Virus record (IMG/VR): IMGVR_UViG_3300024268_000035
Span: 37,522 to 101,521 of that record
Origin: a virus
Taxonomy: Duplodnaviria > Caudoviricetes
DNA length: 64,000 bases
Reading direction: 5' to 3' (one strand)
Under the pieces are notes generated by a model. It saw only the letters and a list, made by a program, of their open reading frames with translations. It was not told the origin of the DNA and did not search any database. Of this stretch, positions 47,538 through 56,571 are shown in pieces. A program made the position numbers and the translations under genes. Numbering within the stretch: the first letter of the stretch is position 1; every line of letters starts with the position of its first letter.

Positions 47538-47946
47538 GGGGTAGAAATGGATTCGACGGGGTTTTGAGAATGTAAAATACGCAGGCGTGAGTCACCTTAT
47601 GATTCAAAAATGAAAATAAACGACAAAAACGAAACTATTATCGCTTTCCATCCCGCTTTCATGGCTTGTGTAGCAGAAAGAGCTGCCGCCTAAGTGGAAC
47701 TGGAACCAAAATGATGAGCTTCCGATCTGAGCATCATCTGAGGTCGCAAATTAACAGATCGGCGTTGCAGTTTTCCTTGTTCCTGCTAAAAGAAACAAGG
47801 TGGTGGAGCTACCTAACCGGTACGTCCTTAGGTAATGATGTCGTCAGTCATCCGGCTGCCTTATAGAGCCTAAACACTGACTATTGCGTAAAAATATTTT
47901 GCATATGTAAGAATTTCGGACAGGGGTTCGATTCCCCTCTACTCCA
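47538..47946 (+). ncRNA. ssrA: tmRNA
   Basis: GGGGTAG..GGATTCGAC 5' end; G3-U70 acceptor; T-arm AGGGG-TTCGATT-CCCCT; tag ORF 47622-47693 ending AAA-stop. Confidence 0.9.
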
Positions 47947-47952
47947 TAAAAA

Positions 47953-48025
47953 CTGGGTGTACGCCAATCGGCAGACGGCGTGATTTGGGATCACGAGGAT
48001 AAGAGTTCGAGCCTCTTCACTCAGA
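47953..48025 (+). tRNA. tRNA-Pro(TGG)
   Basis: CGTGA-TTTGGGA-TCACG. Confidence 0.85.
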
Positions 48026-48033
48026 TACATATT

Positions 48034-48093
48034 AAGGCATTAACAGCAATTTTCACTTTCTATGGCGTGTATTTGTAGAGATAAAAATGCCTT
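48034..48093 (+). ncRNA. stand-alone ACAGCAA-module RNA
   Basis: AAGGCATT/AATGCCTT helix then A-ACAGCAA. Confidence 0.6.
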
Positions 48094-48106
48094 GCACATA
48101 ACAAAA

Positions 48107-48204
48107 GAGACACGAACTGCAAATTTCAATCTTTGATGATAACAGTAATTGGGTACTTATGCGGCGATGAGTATTGCCGTGATTTCATAAAAATAAAGTG
48201 TCTC
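48107..48204 (+). ncRNA. ACAGCAA-module RNA (ACTGCAA variant)
   Basis: GAGACAC/GTGTCTC helix then GA-ACTGCAA. Confidence 0.5.
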
Positions 48205-48212
48205 GTACATAT

Positions 48213-48286
48213 TGGTGCGTAGCTCAGTTGGTCAGAGCGTCCGCCTGTTAAGCGGAGGGTCGGCGGTTCAAGTCCACCCGTACCAG
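48213..48286 (+). tRNA. tRNA-Asn(GTT)
   Basis: TCCGC-CTGTTAA-GCGGA. Confidence 0.9.
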
Positions 48287-48292
48287 TCATAT

Positions 48293-48368
48293 TGCGGAGT
48301 CGAGCAGTGGCAGCTCATCAGCCTCATAAGCTGAATGTCGTGGGTTCGAGTCCCACCTCCTGCAACCA
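48293..48368 (+). tRNA. tRNA-Met(CAT)
   Basis: TCAGC-CTCATAA-GCTGA; CCA encoded; one-base bulge in the acceptor stem. Confidence 0.8.
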
Positions 48369-48519
48369 TGCCCATCTCACATACAGAGCGGGACTGTAAA
48401 CCGAATGAGAAATGAAACCTTCACGTCTGGCAGTGATGAAGTTCAGCAGGTTTGGATGAAACCGCCGCGAACTGACAGCGAATAGTTGGTAGGCACAGCC
48501 GATGCCTTGAATCGGTTAT

Positions 48520-48593
48520 GTAGATGTAGTGTTTAACGGCAAGCATATTAGCCTTCCAAGCTGAGGGTGTGGGTTCGAGTCCCATCATCTACT
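48520..48593 (+). tRNA. tRNA-Gly(TCC)
   Basis: TTAGC-CTTCCAA-GCTGA. Confidence 0.85.
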
Positions 48594-48598
48594 TTTAT

Positions 48599-48690
48599 GC
48601 AGGGTTAGCTCAGTCGGTAAGAGCTTCTGGCTTATATCCAGAGGGCGGTAGTCCCGGTCACGGTGGGTTCGATTCCTGCACCCTGTACCA
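48599..48690 (+). tRNA. tRNA-Ile(TAT) with an abnormally long variable arm
   Basis: TCTGG-CTTATAT-CCAGA; GGG..CCC variable arm; CCA end. Confidence 0.7.
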
Positions 48691-48694
48691 AAGA

Positions 48695-48759
48695 AAAGCG
48701 CAGACAGCAACTCAATTAAGGAATTGCTTTGTAAACAATTTAACCGTAAAATGCGCTTT
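48695..48759 (+). ncRNA. stand-alone ACAGCAA-module RNA
   Basis: AAAGCGCA/TGCGCTTT helix then G-ACAGCAA. Confidence 0.6.
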
Positions 48760-48767
48760 GTAAATAT

Positions 48768-48851
48768 GCTGGCGTGGCGGAACTGGCAGACGCGGCAGAC
48801 TCAAAATCTGTTGGTAGCGATACCGTATGGGTTCAAGTCCCATCCTCAGCA
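48768..48851 (+). tRNA. tRNA-Leu(CAA)
   Basis: GCAGA-CTCAAAA-TCTGT; variable arm. Confidence 0.9.
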
Positions 48852-48993
48852 TCGACTGTATTACATGGTGGTAAAAGCACGATCAACAAAATAGCCACAA
48901 TCTGTTGTTACACCTAAAAGGGCTTAATATCATGGGTAAGTCAGAAGATTGTTCTGCTTGGAGAATCGGGAGGGCAGATGTAATACTATATAT

Positions 48994-49067
48994 GCGTCTG
49001 TAGCTCAGTGGAATAGAGCATTCGGCTACGAACCGAATGGTCGGGAGTTCAAATCTTCTCAGGCGTA
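48994..49067 (+). tRNA. tRNA-Arg(ACG)
   Basis: TTCGG-CTACGAA-CCGAA. Confidence 0.9.
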
Positions 49068-49074
49068 TCATTAT

Positions 49075-49145
49075 GATATCGTAGCCAAACGGTAAGGCAA
49101 CGGACTGCAACTCCGTGATTATAGGTTCAAATCCTATCGGTATCT
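49075..49145 (+). tRNA. tRNA-Cys(GCA)
   Basis: ACGGA-CTGCAAC-TCCGT. Confidence 0.9.
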
Positions 49146-49150
49146 TATAA

Positions 49151-49223
49151 TGGGGTATCGTCAAAAAGGTAAGACACAGGACTTTGACTCCTGCATTTGC
49201 TGGTTCGAGTCCAGCTACCCCAG
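49151..49223 (+). tRNA. tRNA-Gln(TTG)
   Basis: CAGGA-CTTTGAC-TCCTG. Confidence 0.9.
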
Positions 49224-49240
49224 TTGCTTACGAGGTATGT

Positions 49241-49501
49241 ATGAAAACCAAGAAACTTAAAGGTTACGCAACACTGCGGGAAGCTCGTCAAGAAGCACGT
49301 AGAATTGCAGAACAGTGTAATTCGCGTGGGTATTGCGTTGATATTTATCTGGAATCAGACGGATCGTATTCTGTTGGTAAACCAAATGATAAGAAAGCAG
49401 TTTTTCATATTGCTATTGATAAGGGTGGTGCAAGACACACCATCCAGCGTGTGCGCGACGCATACGGCAGGGTGATGAGATGTTATGTCCGAATAAAATA
49501 A
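49241..49501 (+). CDS. hypothetical protein within the tRNA array
   Basis: GAGG RBS; ATG 49241. Confidence 0.6.
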   Translation: MKTKKLKGYATLREARQEARRIAEQCNSRGYCVDIYLESDGSYSVGKPNDKKAVFHIAIDKGGARHTIQRVRDAYGRVMRCYVRIK

Positions 49502-49504
49502 GAT

Positions 49505-49577
49505 GCTCCCATCCTCTAACGGAATAGGAGGCTGGCTTCTCACGCCGGTAATACGGGTTCGAGTCCCGTTGGGAGTA
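49505..49577 (+). tRNA. tRNA-Glu(CTC)
   Basis: CTGGC-TTCTCAC-GCCGG. Confidence 0.85.
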
Positions 49578-49601
49578 TGAATCAAATTCAGAGGTTTTAC
49601 T

Positions 49602-49838
49602 ATGCCAAGGAAATCTGCTAATGCAGTTGATACTGCTACAACAAAACTTGTGAAGAAAATTCCTGCTACTGAAACTGGTCATGGTGTAATCTATCATACA
49701 TTGTTCGGTAAAGAGTATCGGATTACTCAAAATCCAATAAAGCAAATGCACACATTATGGAAGGTGGTTGATGGTGGTTTTGAAAAGATCGCCGTTGACG
49801 CATCTCCAAACAATTTGTATCCGCTTATTGAGGAATAA
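49602..49838 (+). CDS. hypothetical protein within the tRNA array
   Basis: GAGG RBS. Confidence 0.65.
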   Translation: MPRKSANAVDTATTKLVKKIPATETGHGVIYHTLFGKEYRITQNPIKQMHTLWKVVDGGFEKIAVDASPNNLYPLIEE

Positions 49839-49852
49839 ACGGATTTATATAT

Positions 49853-49939
49853 GCTGTTATGGTGGAATAGGCAGACACGTCAGCTTGAGGGGCTGATGGG
49901 AGAAATCTCGTATGGGTTCAAGTCCCATTGACAGTACCA
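49853..49939 (+). tRNA. tRNA-Leu(GAG)
   Basis: TCAGC-TTGAGGG-GCTGA; variable arm; CCA. Confidence 0.85.
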
Positions 49940-49943
49940 TTAT

Positions 49944-50019
49944 GGTGCGTTAGACAAATTTGGCTACAGTCACCAGCCCTTCACGCTGGAATTTGTGGGT
50001 TCGAGTCCCACACGCATCA
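49944..50019 (+). tRNA. tRNA-Glu(TTC)
   Basis: CCAGC-CCTTCAC-GCTGG. Confidence 0.8.
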
Positions 50020-50026
50020 TTCAATA

Positions 50027-50116
50027 AAGGCACACACAGCAACGTCACAATACAAATTCTTACATCTAAAAGATTATTTGCTTTTCATCAAGCCTCCCTT
50101 TCCTTTCAAGTGCCTT
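50027..50116 (+). ncRNA. stand-alone ACAGCAA-module RNA
   Basis: AAGGCAC/GTGCCTT helix then AC-ACAGCAA. Confidence 0.6.
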
Positions 50117-50227
50117 GTAATTAACCGCTTTCACTGGGCGGTGCGCCCTGACTATGGGATAAATAGTTGACAACGAAAAGAGTTTGATGGTTTTGCTCTT
50201 TCGTATTGTCTGGAAATCATCACATAT

Positions 50228-50314
50228 AGGAGAGCGTCAGAGTTGGTGAGCTGAGGCGGTCTGTAACACCGTTGCCTTCGGGCTGAGTGGGTTCAAATCC
50301 CACCTCTCCTACCA
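50228..50314 (+). tRNA. tRNA-Tyr(GTA)
   Basis: GCGGT-CTGTAAC-ACCGT; variable arm; CCA. Confidence 0.85.
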
Positions 50315-50431
50315 AAAGCGTGTCGCATTACGCTTTGTGAAATGCGAGGTCATATGATTCCGACCTGCACACAGGTGGCTTAGGATCCCTGAGTACGGTT
50401 TTCTTGGGTGAGTATGTGTGAAAACCGATAC

Positions 50432-50521
50432 GGCGGAGTGGCAGAGTCCGGTTTATTGCGGCAGTCTTGAAAACTGCAGGCGGGAAACCGTCCGTGGGTT
50501 CAAATCCTACCTCCGTCGCCA
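50432..50521 (+). tRNA. tRNA-Ser(TGA)
   Basis: GCAGT-CTTGAAA-ACTGC; variable arm; CCA. Confidence 0.9.
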
Positions 50522-50560
50522 GATCGTGTTCGGATGTACTACGGTACTCCGAATTTTTAT

Positions 50561-50637
50561 GGAACGATAGCTTATGCGGTCTGAGCGGTGGTCTGAAAAA
50601 CCACAGGATGAAGGTTCGACACCTTCTCGTTCCACCA
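50561..50637 (+). tRNA. tRNA-Phe(GAA)
   Basis: GTGGT-CTGAAAA-ACCAC; CCA. Confidence 0.9.
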
Positions 50638-50841
50638 TCCCGTTTGGGAGAATCGCTGTCCGATGACGAGTGACGGTTCTGACTCGTCGGTAAAATAAAA
50701 AGTGACCGAGTGTGGACAGTATTGGGAACGTATGCCCTCCGTGAAAAACGGACGGACTGGCAGACCGATAGCACTGCTGCTCTAATGGGAGTCACTAACG
50801 GAGGGTAAATAAGTAGGGAAACCGTGCAAACCGGACAATAT

Positions 50842-50917
50842 GCGCCTGTAGCCCAGTTGGTAGAGCAGTAGACTTTTAATCTATTTGTCGGAGGTTCGAG
50901 TCCTCTTAGGCGCACCA
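50842..50917 (+). tRNA. tRNA-Lys(TTT)
   Basis: GTAGA-CTTTTAA-TCTAT; CCA. Confidence 0.9.
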
Positions 50918-50968
50918 AAACACACAGAAATGTGTGTTTTTTTATTTGTCATGAAAGGAGGACGAGAG

Positions 50969-51907
50969 ATGGCAAACGGAAACAAATCTACAAAATTGGA
51001 TTTTGATAATCAAGACAAATATCCATATCGCTGCACAGCTTGCGGCAAGGGATTTATGAGACAAAAGGATAATTTCAATGTGTCTCCGTCCCCATACTAC
51101 ACTAAAAATGGTGGGTATCTGACAGTATGTAAGAATTGCTTGGATAAAGCATTTGAATATTATCGTGATGAAGTATTTGACGGCGATCAGGATAAAGCTA
51201 TGGAGCTTTTGTGTGCTACTATCAATACCTGTTATGACGAGACGGCTTGGGCAAATGCGAAGAAGCATCCGCAAAGCAATCGTAGTAAGGTAAGTCTTTA
51301 TTTTTCAAAGCTGAACTTGTCTCAAACTAAGGGAGCGTCTTATGCGGATACAATTATTCTTCGTGAAGCAAACAAGGTTGAAAACGCAACTTCTATTCAG
51401 GCTGTGGAAGACAATCCTAATATGGGTACATCCATTGATACAATAAAGTTGTTTGGTCTTGGATTTGGCGATGCTGATTATGAAACCCTTCAATATGAAT
51501 ATGATGATTGGGTTGAAAAATATGGCGAACCGGAAGACAAACGACAGGATGAACTTTATAAGAGTTTGTGCTACTTGAAGCTTCAGCTTCAAAAGTCTGT
51601 TCAAAATGGTGATGCCGGTATTGGAGCATTAGCAAAGACATACAAAGAGTATATCAACGCAGCGACCACTGAGCTTGAAGACAGAAAACAGAAGAAAGAA
51701 GATGCTGTACGATTAGATCCGCTTGGTGTATGGATTTCCGAGATCGAGAAATACACTCCGGCTGAGTATTACAAAGACAAAAAGTTATATCATGATGCAG
51801 ATGGATTTGGTTCATATGCAAGCAGATTTATTTTCAGACCTTTGAAAAATCTTCTGACGGGATCCAAGGAGCTTGATAAAGAGTTCAGCTTATCCAAGGA
51901 GGAATAA
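50969..51907 (+). CDS. probable terminase small subunit
   Basis: N-terminal CxxC pairs; immediately upstream of the terminase large subunit; AAGGAGG RBS. Confidence 0.55.
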   Translation: MANGNKSTKLDFDNQDKYPYRCTACGKGFMRQKDNFNVSPSPYYTKNGGYLTVCKNCLDKAFEYYRDEVFDGDQDKAMELLCATINTCYDETAWANAKKHPQSNRSKVSLYFSKLNLSQTKGASYADTIILREANKVENATSIQAVEDNPNMGTSIDTIKLFGLGFGDADYETLQYEYDDWVEKYGEPEDKRQDELYKSLCYLKLQLQKSVQNGDAGIGALAKTYKEYINAATTELEDRKQKKEDAVRLDPLGVWISEIEKYTPAEYYKDKKLYHDADGFGSYASRFIFRPLKNLLTGSKELDKEFSLSKEE

Positions 51908-51909
51908 GT

Positions 51910-53706
51910 ATGGACTACAGCAAGTTAATGGATGAACGACAAGCTAAACTGCATAAAAATTTTCCATCTACACACTATTTAAGCAGACCGGAGTATTTAC
52001 AACGATTACTGCTGTGGATTACTTTTTATAAGCGAAATCCCTCCAGATTTGTTGAACATTATTTTGGCATTACACTCCATCTTTATCAGCACATAATTTT
52101 GTATTTGATGGAGTTTGTGCCCAGCTTTTGTATCGTTGCGGCTCGTTCTGCGGCAAAATCATTTTTGATTGCAGTATTTGCCTGCAAAGAAGCAATATTA
52201 AAGCCGGGAGCAAAAATTGTTGTCGCTTCTGCTACGAAGAAACAGGCGAGGTTGATTGTATCAGAAAAAATAAAAAAAGAACTGATGCCGAAGTCAAAAT
52301 TGCTTGAGGCGGAGATAGAAGGTTTTAAGGATAACCAAAATGAAATTGAAGTAACATTCAGGAATGGAAGTTCAATTATCGTTGTCGCTGCAAACGAGAA
52401 TGCTCGTGGTTATCGTGCTACCGTAATGATTTACGAAGAGTTTAGAATGATTGTTAAGAATATCATTGACAGCGTTCTTTCTCCTTTCTTGTATATCAGA
52501 CAGGCAGAGTTTCTGAATCACGAAGAATATGCCGGAATGTATGAGGAACCGAAAGAGGTATATATTAGTTCCGCATGGTATCAGAACCACTGGATGTGGA
52601 AACTCATTCGTGATTTTGTAAAAGATATGCTCACAGACGGATCCTCTTGTGTTATTGCGATGGATTATAGCATATCGTTAAAGCACAATATCAAAACGAG
52701 AAACTTCTTAATTAAAGAGCGAAAGAAACTTGACCCTATGTCTTGGGCGATTGAATATGAGAATCATATGATCGCTGAAAACGCAAGGTCATTTTTTAAT
52801 TATGAACAACTCAACAGAAACAGACGATTAAAGAGGGCTTTCTATCCGAGAAGAAATGACGAAGTTTTGTTAAAACAGAAAAACAAGTACGATATTCCGA
52901 AACAGGTTGGAGAGGTACGGGTTCTTTCATGTGATATTGCTATGGAAGGTGGTAAAGATACTGACAACTCTATCTTTACCTGTATCAGACTTCTTCCCGA
53001 AAGTCAAGAATACAAAGTCATGGATTCAACGGGTGAACACATCGAGATCAAAGGTGGATATCGCAGACAGATTGTTTACATGGAAGCGGTACACGGCGGA
53101 GAAACAACAAAGCAGGCTATTCGTATCAAGCAGTTATATACAGATTTTAATGCGGATTATTGCGTGCTTGACGGACGAAACGCCGGTATCTCCGTATATG
53201 ATATGCTGGCGAAAGTGTTATTTGATGAAGAACGCAATGTGGAATACAAACCTTGGAAATGTATGAACGATGACAAGGTTGCAAATCGTATCCAGATTGC
53301 CGGTGCGATAGAAAATGTATATATTATTAAAGCACAGCTTGAAACAAATAGCTTTATTGCGGAATCCATGCGTAATGCGTTGAATTCCGGAATGATTGAT
53401 TTACTTATTAGTAACACAGAAGCAGTCGATGAGATCACTAATTTTATACCTGAATATGCGATTTCTGATGTAGACACACAGTTATTCTTTGAGCGTCCGT
53501 ATTTGGAAACCGTTGCACTTATCAATGAAATGATTAACCTTGAATATGAGCGCGGCGAACAGACCGGACTTATCAAAATTATAAACAACAATGACCGTAA
53601 AGACCGATATACCTCGGTTTCTTACGGTAATTATTTTGCTCAGATGTTGGAGCATGACTTATTGTCGGACAGCTCAGAATACGAGTATGTCCCGTTATTT
53701 AACTAA
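51910..53706 (+). CDS. terminase large subunit
   Basis: AARSAAKS Walker A variant, ARGYRA, YEEFR, SCDIA nuclease motif, RKDRYTS. Confidence 0.85.
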   Translation: MDYSKLMDERQAKLHKNFPSTHYLSRPEYLQRLLLWITFYKRNPSRFVEHYFGITLHLYQHIILYLMEFVPSFCIVAARSAAKSFLIAVFACKEAILKPGAKIVVASATKKQARLIVSEKIKKELMPKSKLLEAEIEGFKDNQNEIEVTFRNGSSIIVVAANENARGYRATVMIYEEFRMIVKNIIDSVLSPFLYIRQAEFLNHEEYAGMYEEPKEVYISSAWYQNHWMWKLIRDFVKDMLTDGSSCVIAMDYSISLKHNIKTRNFLIKERKKLDPMSWAIEYENHMIAENARSFFNYEQLNRNRRLKRAFYPRRNDEVLLKQKNKYDIPKQVGEVRVLSCDIAMEGGKDTDNSIFTCIRLLPESQEYKVMDSTGEHIEIKGGYRRQIVYMEAVHGGETTKQAIRIKQLYTDFNADYCVLDGRNAGISVYDMLAKVLFDEERNVEYKPWKCMNDDKVANRIQIAGAIENVYIIKAQLETNSFIAESMRNALNSGMIDLLISNTEAVDEITNFIPEYAISDVDTQLFFERPYLETVALINEMINLEYERGEQTGLIKIINNNDRKDRYTSVSYGNYFAQMLEHDLLSDSSEYEYVPLFN

Positions 53707-53723
53707 GTTAGGAGGTGAGATGA

Positions 53724-55391
53724 TTGTCAGATAGTAGAAAATGGTATCAGTTCTGGAAAAGAGAATCTGATGTATTTGAAGAAAATTCTATTGATATGGT
53801 TCCAGAAGAACCAGTTCATGAATTCAATACAGATATCGGAACCGCATATATCAAGATGTTACAGGCATCAGGTGAAATGCCATACAGCATTAAGGAAATC
53901 CGGAGCTTTACGAAGAATCCGCTTTCACATATTACAGAAATCCGAAGAATGGCACATTGGGCGTATCACACTAATGGTGTTGTGGCAAGTGCTATTGATT
54001 ATATGAAGTCAATGCACACATTGGATGGCGTTGTTGTATGTAAGGCAAGAAAATTTGATGGAAGTAGACCGAAAAACTATCGTATGAATAAATCAAAAAT
54101 GGAAGCGACATTAAATACGATTCGATATAAGCAGATAATTCGAGACGGTATTTTTAAGGATGCTAATGATGGTATGTATGTTGCTTATTTTGAAACGGTT
54201 TATTCAACACCCGATATGCGTACAGTTTTGACAGATTATGATATCCAAAATATTACCGAAATCAATGCGATTGGTATGAATGCTACTGTAATTCCACTTC
54301 CTGTTGGTTATGTGAAGATAGTTGGTAGACGCAATAACAGCTATCAAATAGCTTTTGACTTGCGTTATTTTGATAATTATCCGGACGATGAGGCACGTAA
54401 ACAAAAGCTTGCTGGATTTCCAAGAGAAATTCAAGAAGGTTGGATCAAGTATTCAAACAGCGATACTTCTGCTCCGTGGCTTATCTTAAACAACGATAAA
54501 ACAATTGTTACAAAGATAAAGAGTGATATTTCGGATCCATATGGGATTCCATTTGCGATAGCTGCACTTGATGATATTAGCTATGCTCAATATTTTGTTG
54601 ATACAAAACGAAATGTGCTGGATTCGGTAAATAATCAAATTGTTTATGAAACTTTTCCGGAAGGTAAAGAAAAAGGTACTTCTGCTTTGACTGAAAAGCA
54701 ACAGAGACAGCAGCATGATATGGTCAAAAATGCGTTAGCGAGCAAGTCCAGAAACAGTAGCGGAACATCGTTCTTCTCGTTAGCGTCAGGTACAAAATTG
54801 GACAGCATATCATTAGATGTTTCTTTGTTAGATGAGAAAAACGAAAATTCTATTGTAGATTCAGTCAACAAAGATATAGGTGTAGCGGCAAGTGCTTTAG
54901 ATGGCAGTAGTGCTGGTAACTATTCAAGTGCAACTCTTAATCTGGAACTTGTATCAGCTAACGTCTATACATGGATCGAAGATATTGTTGATGAGTTAAA
55001 TAAGTGCATAAATAAGAACATCATTAACGATCCGTCGTGTAGAGTTGAATTTTATGTGCTTCCAATTACTATGGTCAACAGGGATAAAATAGTTGACTAT
55101 ATGTCTGCGCTGTATGCTCGTGGTAAAGGAAGCCTTTATGCGTGGATTGCTTCCACAGGATTTAATCCGGATAATTACATTGCGCTCATGGAATATGAAT
55201 TGCAGGAAGATTTTGAAAATCGTTATCCTGTTCATAGAACCTCATTTACTATAACTGGAAAAGACGATCCGGAACACGAGGATCATAATCAGGGCAAAGG
55301 CGGAAGACCACCAACGGATAGTAATAATCCTTCATCTATTCAACAAAAAACTAATGGTGGGAATAATATGCCGAAGCCATCATCCGGGTAA
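53724..55391 (+). CDS. portal protein
   Basis: 555 aa following terminase; PYGIP motif; synteny. Confidence 0.75.
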   Translation: MSDSRKWYQFWKRESDVFEENSIDMVPEEPVHEFNTDIGTAYIKMLQASGEMPYSIKEIRSFTKNPLSHITEIRRMAHWAYHTNGVVASAIDYMKSMHTLDGVVVCKARKFDGSRPKNYRMNKSKMEATLNTIRYKQIIRDGIFKDANDGMYVAYFETVYSTPDMRTVLTDYDIQNITEINAIGMNATVIPLPVGYVKIVGRRNNSYQIAFDLRYFDNYPDDEARKQKLAGFPREIQEGWIKYSNSDTSAPWLILNNDKTIVTKIKSDISDPYGIPFAIAALDDISYAQYFVDTKRNVLDSVNNQIVYETFPEGKEKGTSALTEKQQRQQHDMVKNALASKSRNSSGTSFFSLASGTKLDSISLDVSLLDEKNENSIVDSVNKDIGVAASALDGSSAGNYSSATLNLELVSANVYTWIEDIVDELNKCINKNIINDPSCRVEFYVLPITMVNRDKIVDYMSALYARGKGSLYAWIASTGFNPDNYIALMEYELQEDFENRYPVHRTSFTITGKDDPEHEDHNQGKGGRPPTDSNNPSSIQQKTNGGNNMPKPSSG

Positions 55392-55404
55392 GGAGGTGAT
55401 TTGA

Positions 55405-56553
55405 GTGAGTAAAGATATTGTTGGACGTATATATGAGGTTTCCAGCGAAAGACATATTGCAGGAAGACGGAAGATTAAACTCATTTTACATGAAATCTAT
55501 CCGAGTAGAGACATCTGGCAAACCAATGGTATTTCGTGGGATGAAACCTATACGGCACAAAATATTGAGTCTGTAGCCAATATGTCATTATGTGTTGAGT
55601 TTTTAACAGAAGAACGAAGACTTCCATATGGACATGGTTTAACAGAAATTCGAGATAATATGCCATATCTTGAAAACGCAACTGTGGTAGGTCACTGTGA
55701 AAAAGGATATATCTCAGATGTGGAAATTGATGGTGAAATTAAAAGAGTTCTTGTAGCAGAGGGGTACATTGATGAAATGCGATACCCCAAATTTGTGGCA
55801 TGGCTACAGGAAAAGATGCTTTCGGACGGTGTAAAGGGCAGTGTTGAAATTGTCGGGCGTTCGGAATATGACAATCGTATTATTTACGATGGCGGTTGGA
55901 AAGAGAATGGACGTGTACCACAGATATATGACTACAGTGGGTATGCCATTCTTGGTATCAAACCAGCAGATGATACTGCAATCGTTATGGAGTTAAATAA
56001 TAAATCTAATGACAAACAGGAGGACACAATTATGGACGAGAAGACCTTAAATCAGATCGCCGATGTTGTGAAAGCTTCCGTCAATCAGACCGTTACTGAG
56101 CTTAATACCAAAAGCGAAGAGTATGAGGGGAAGATTTCTGAACTTAACAGTCAGGTGGCAGCTAAGGATCAAGAAATTGCTGAATTGAATGAGAAACTTT
56201 CTGCGGCACAGGCGGATTCTGCGGCTAAGGATCAGACTATTGAAGCGCAGAACACCGAATTGAATAGTCTGAAAGAGGCAAACGCAGCTCTCGAAAAGGA
56301 AAAGAAGCTGGCGGAGCTTAATTCTGCTTTGGCTGAGTTCAGCCCAGAGGAACAGGCACTGGCACAGGCAGAAATTGACGCATTCAAGGCAGATCCTAAC
56401 TCTGTCGAGTTGAATAGCATTACCAGCAAAATTTGCGTTGAAATGGTGCGTAAAAACAAAGAAGCACGTACCAATGAACAGAACAGCGCACCTGATATTT
56501 TCGGTGGCGTAAATACTCCCGAAGATAAGGGCGATGTTGATATCTTTGGTTAA
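55405..56553 (+). CDS. prohead protease/scaffold protein
   Basis: N-terminal protease-like region (GHG, SVEI) plus C-terminal coiled coil; synteny. Confidence 0.7.
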   Translation: MSKDIVGRIYEVSSERHIAGRRKIKLILHEIYPSRDIWQTNGISWDETYTAQNIESVANMSLCVEFLTEERRLPYGHGLTEIRDNMPYLENATVVGHCEKGYISDVEIDGEIKRVLVAEGYIDEMRYPKFVAWLQEKMLSDGVKGSVEIVGRSEYDNRIIYDGGWKENGRVPQIYDYSGYAILGIKPADDTAIVMELNNKSNDKQEDTIMDEKTLNQIADVVKASVNQTVTELNTKSEEYEGKISELNSQVAAKDQEIAELNEKLSAAQADSAAKDQTIEAQNTELNSLKEANAALEKEKKLAELNSALAEFSPEEQALAQAEIDAFKADPNSVELNSITSKICVEMVRKNKEARTNEQNSAPDIFGGVNTPEDKGDVDIFG

Positions 56554-56571
56554 TAAAAGGAGGATAAGAAG

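Noticed and set aside
48370-48412. HDV-like (theta) ribozyme after tRNA-Met
   Set aside because: CGAA followed by a P2-like pairing is present, but P1, P3 and L3 could not be built.
46008-50918. Short ORFs overlapping tRNAs, tmRNA and the large RNA
   Set aside because: Better explained by RNA genes; only 46561..47379, 49241..49501 and 49602..49838 were kept.
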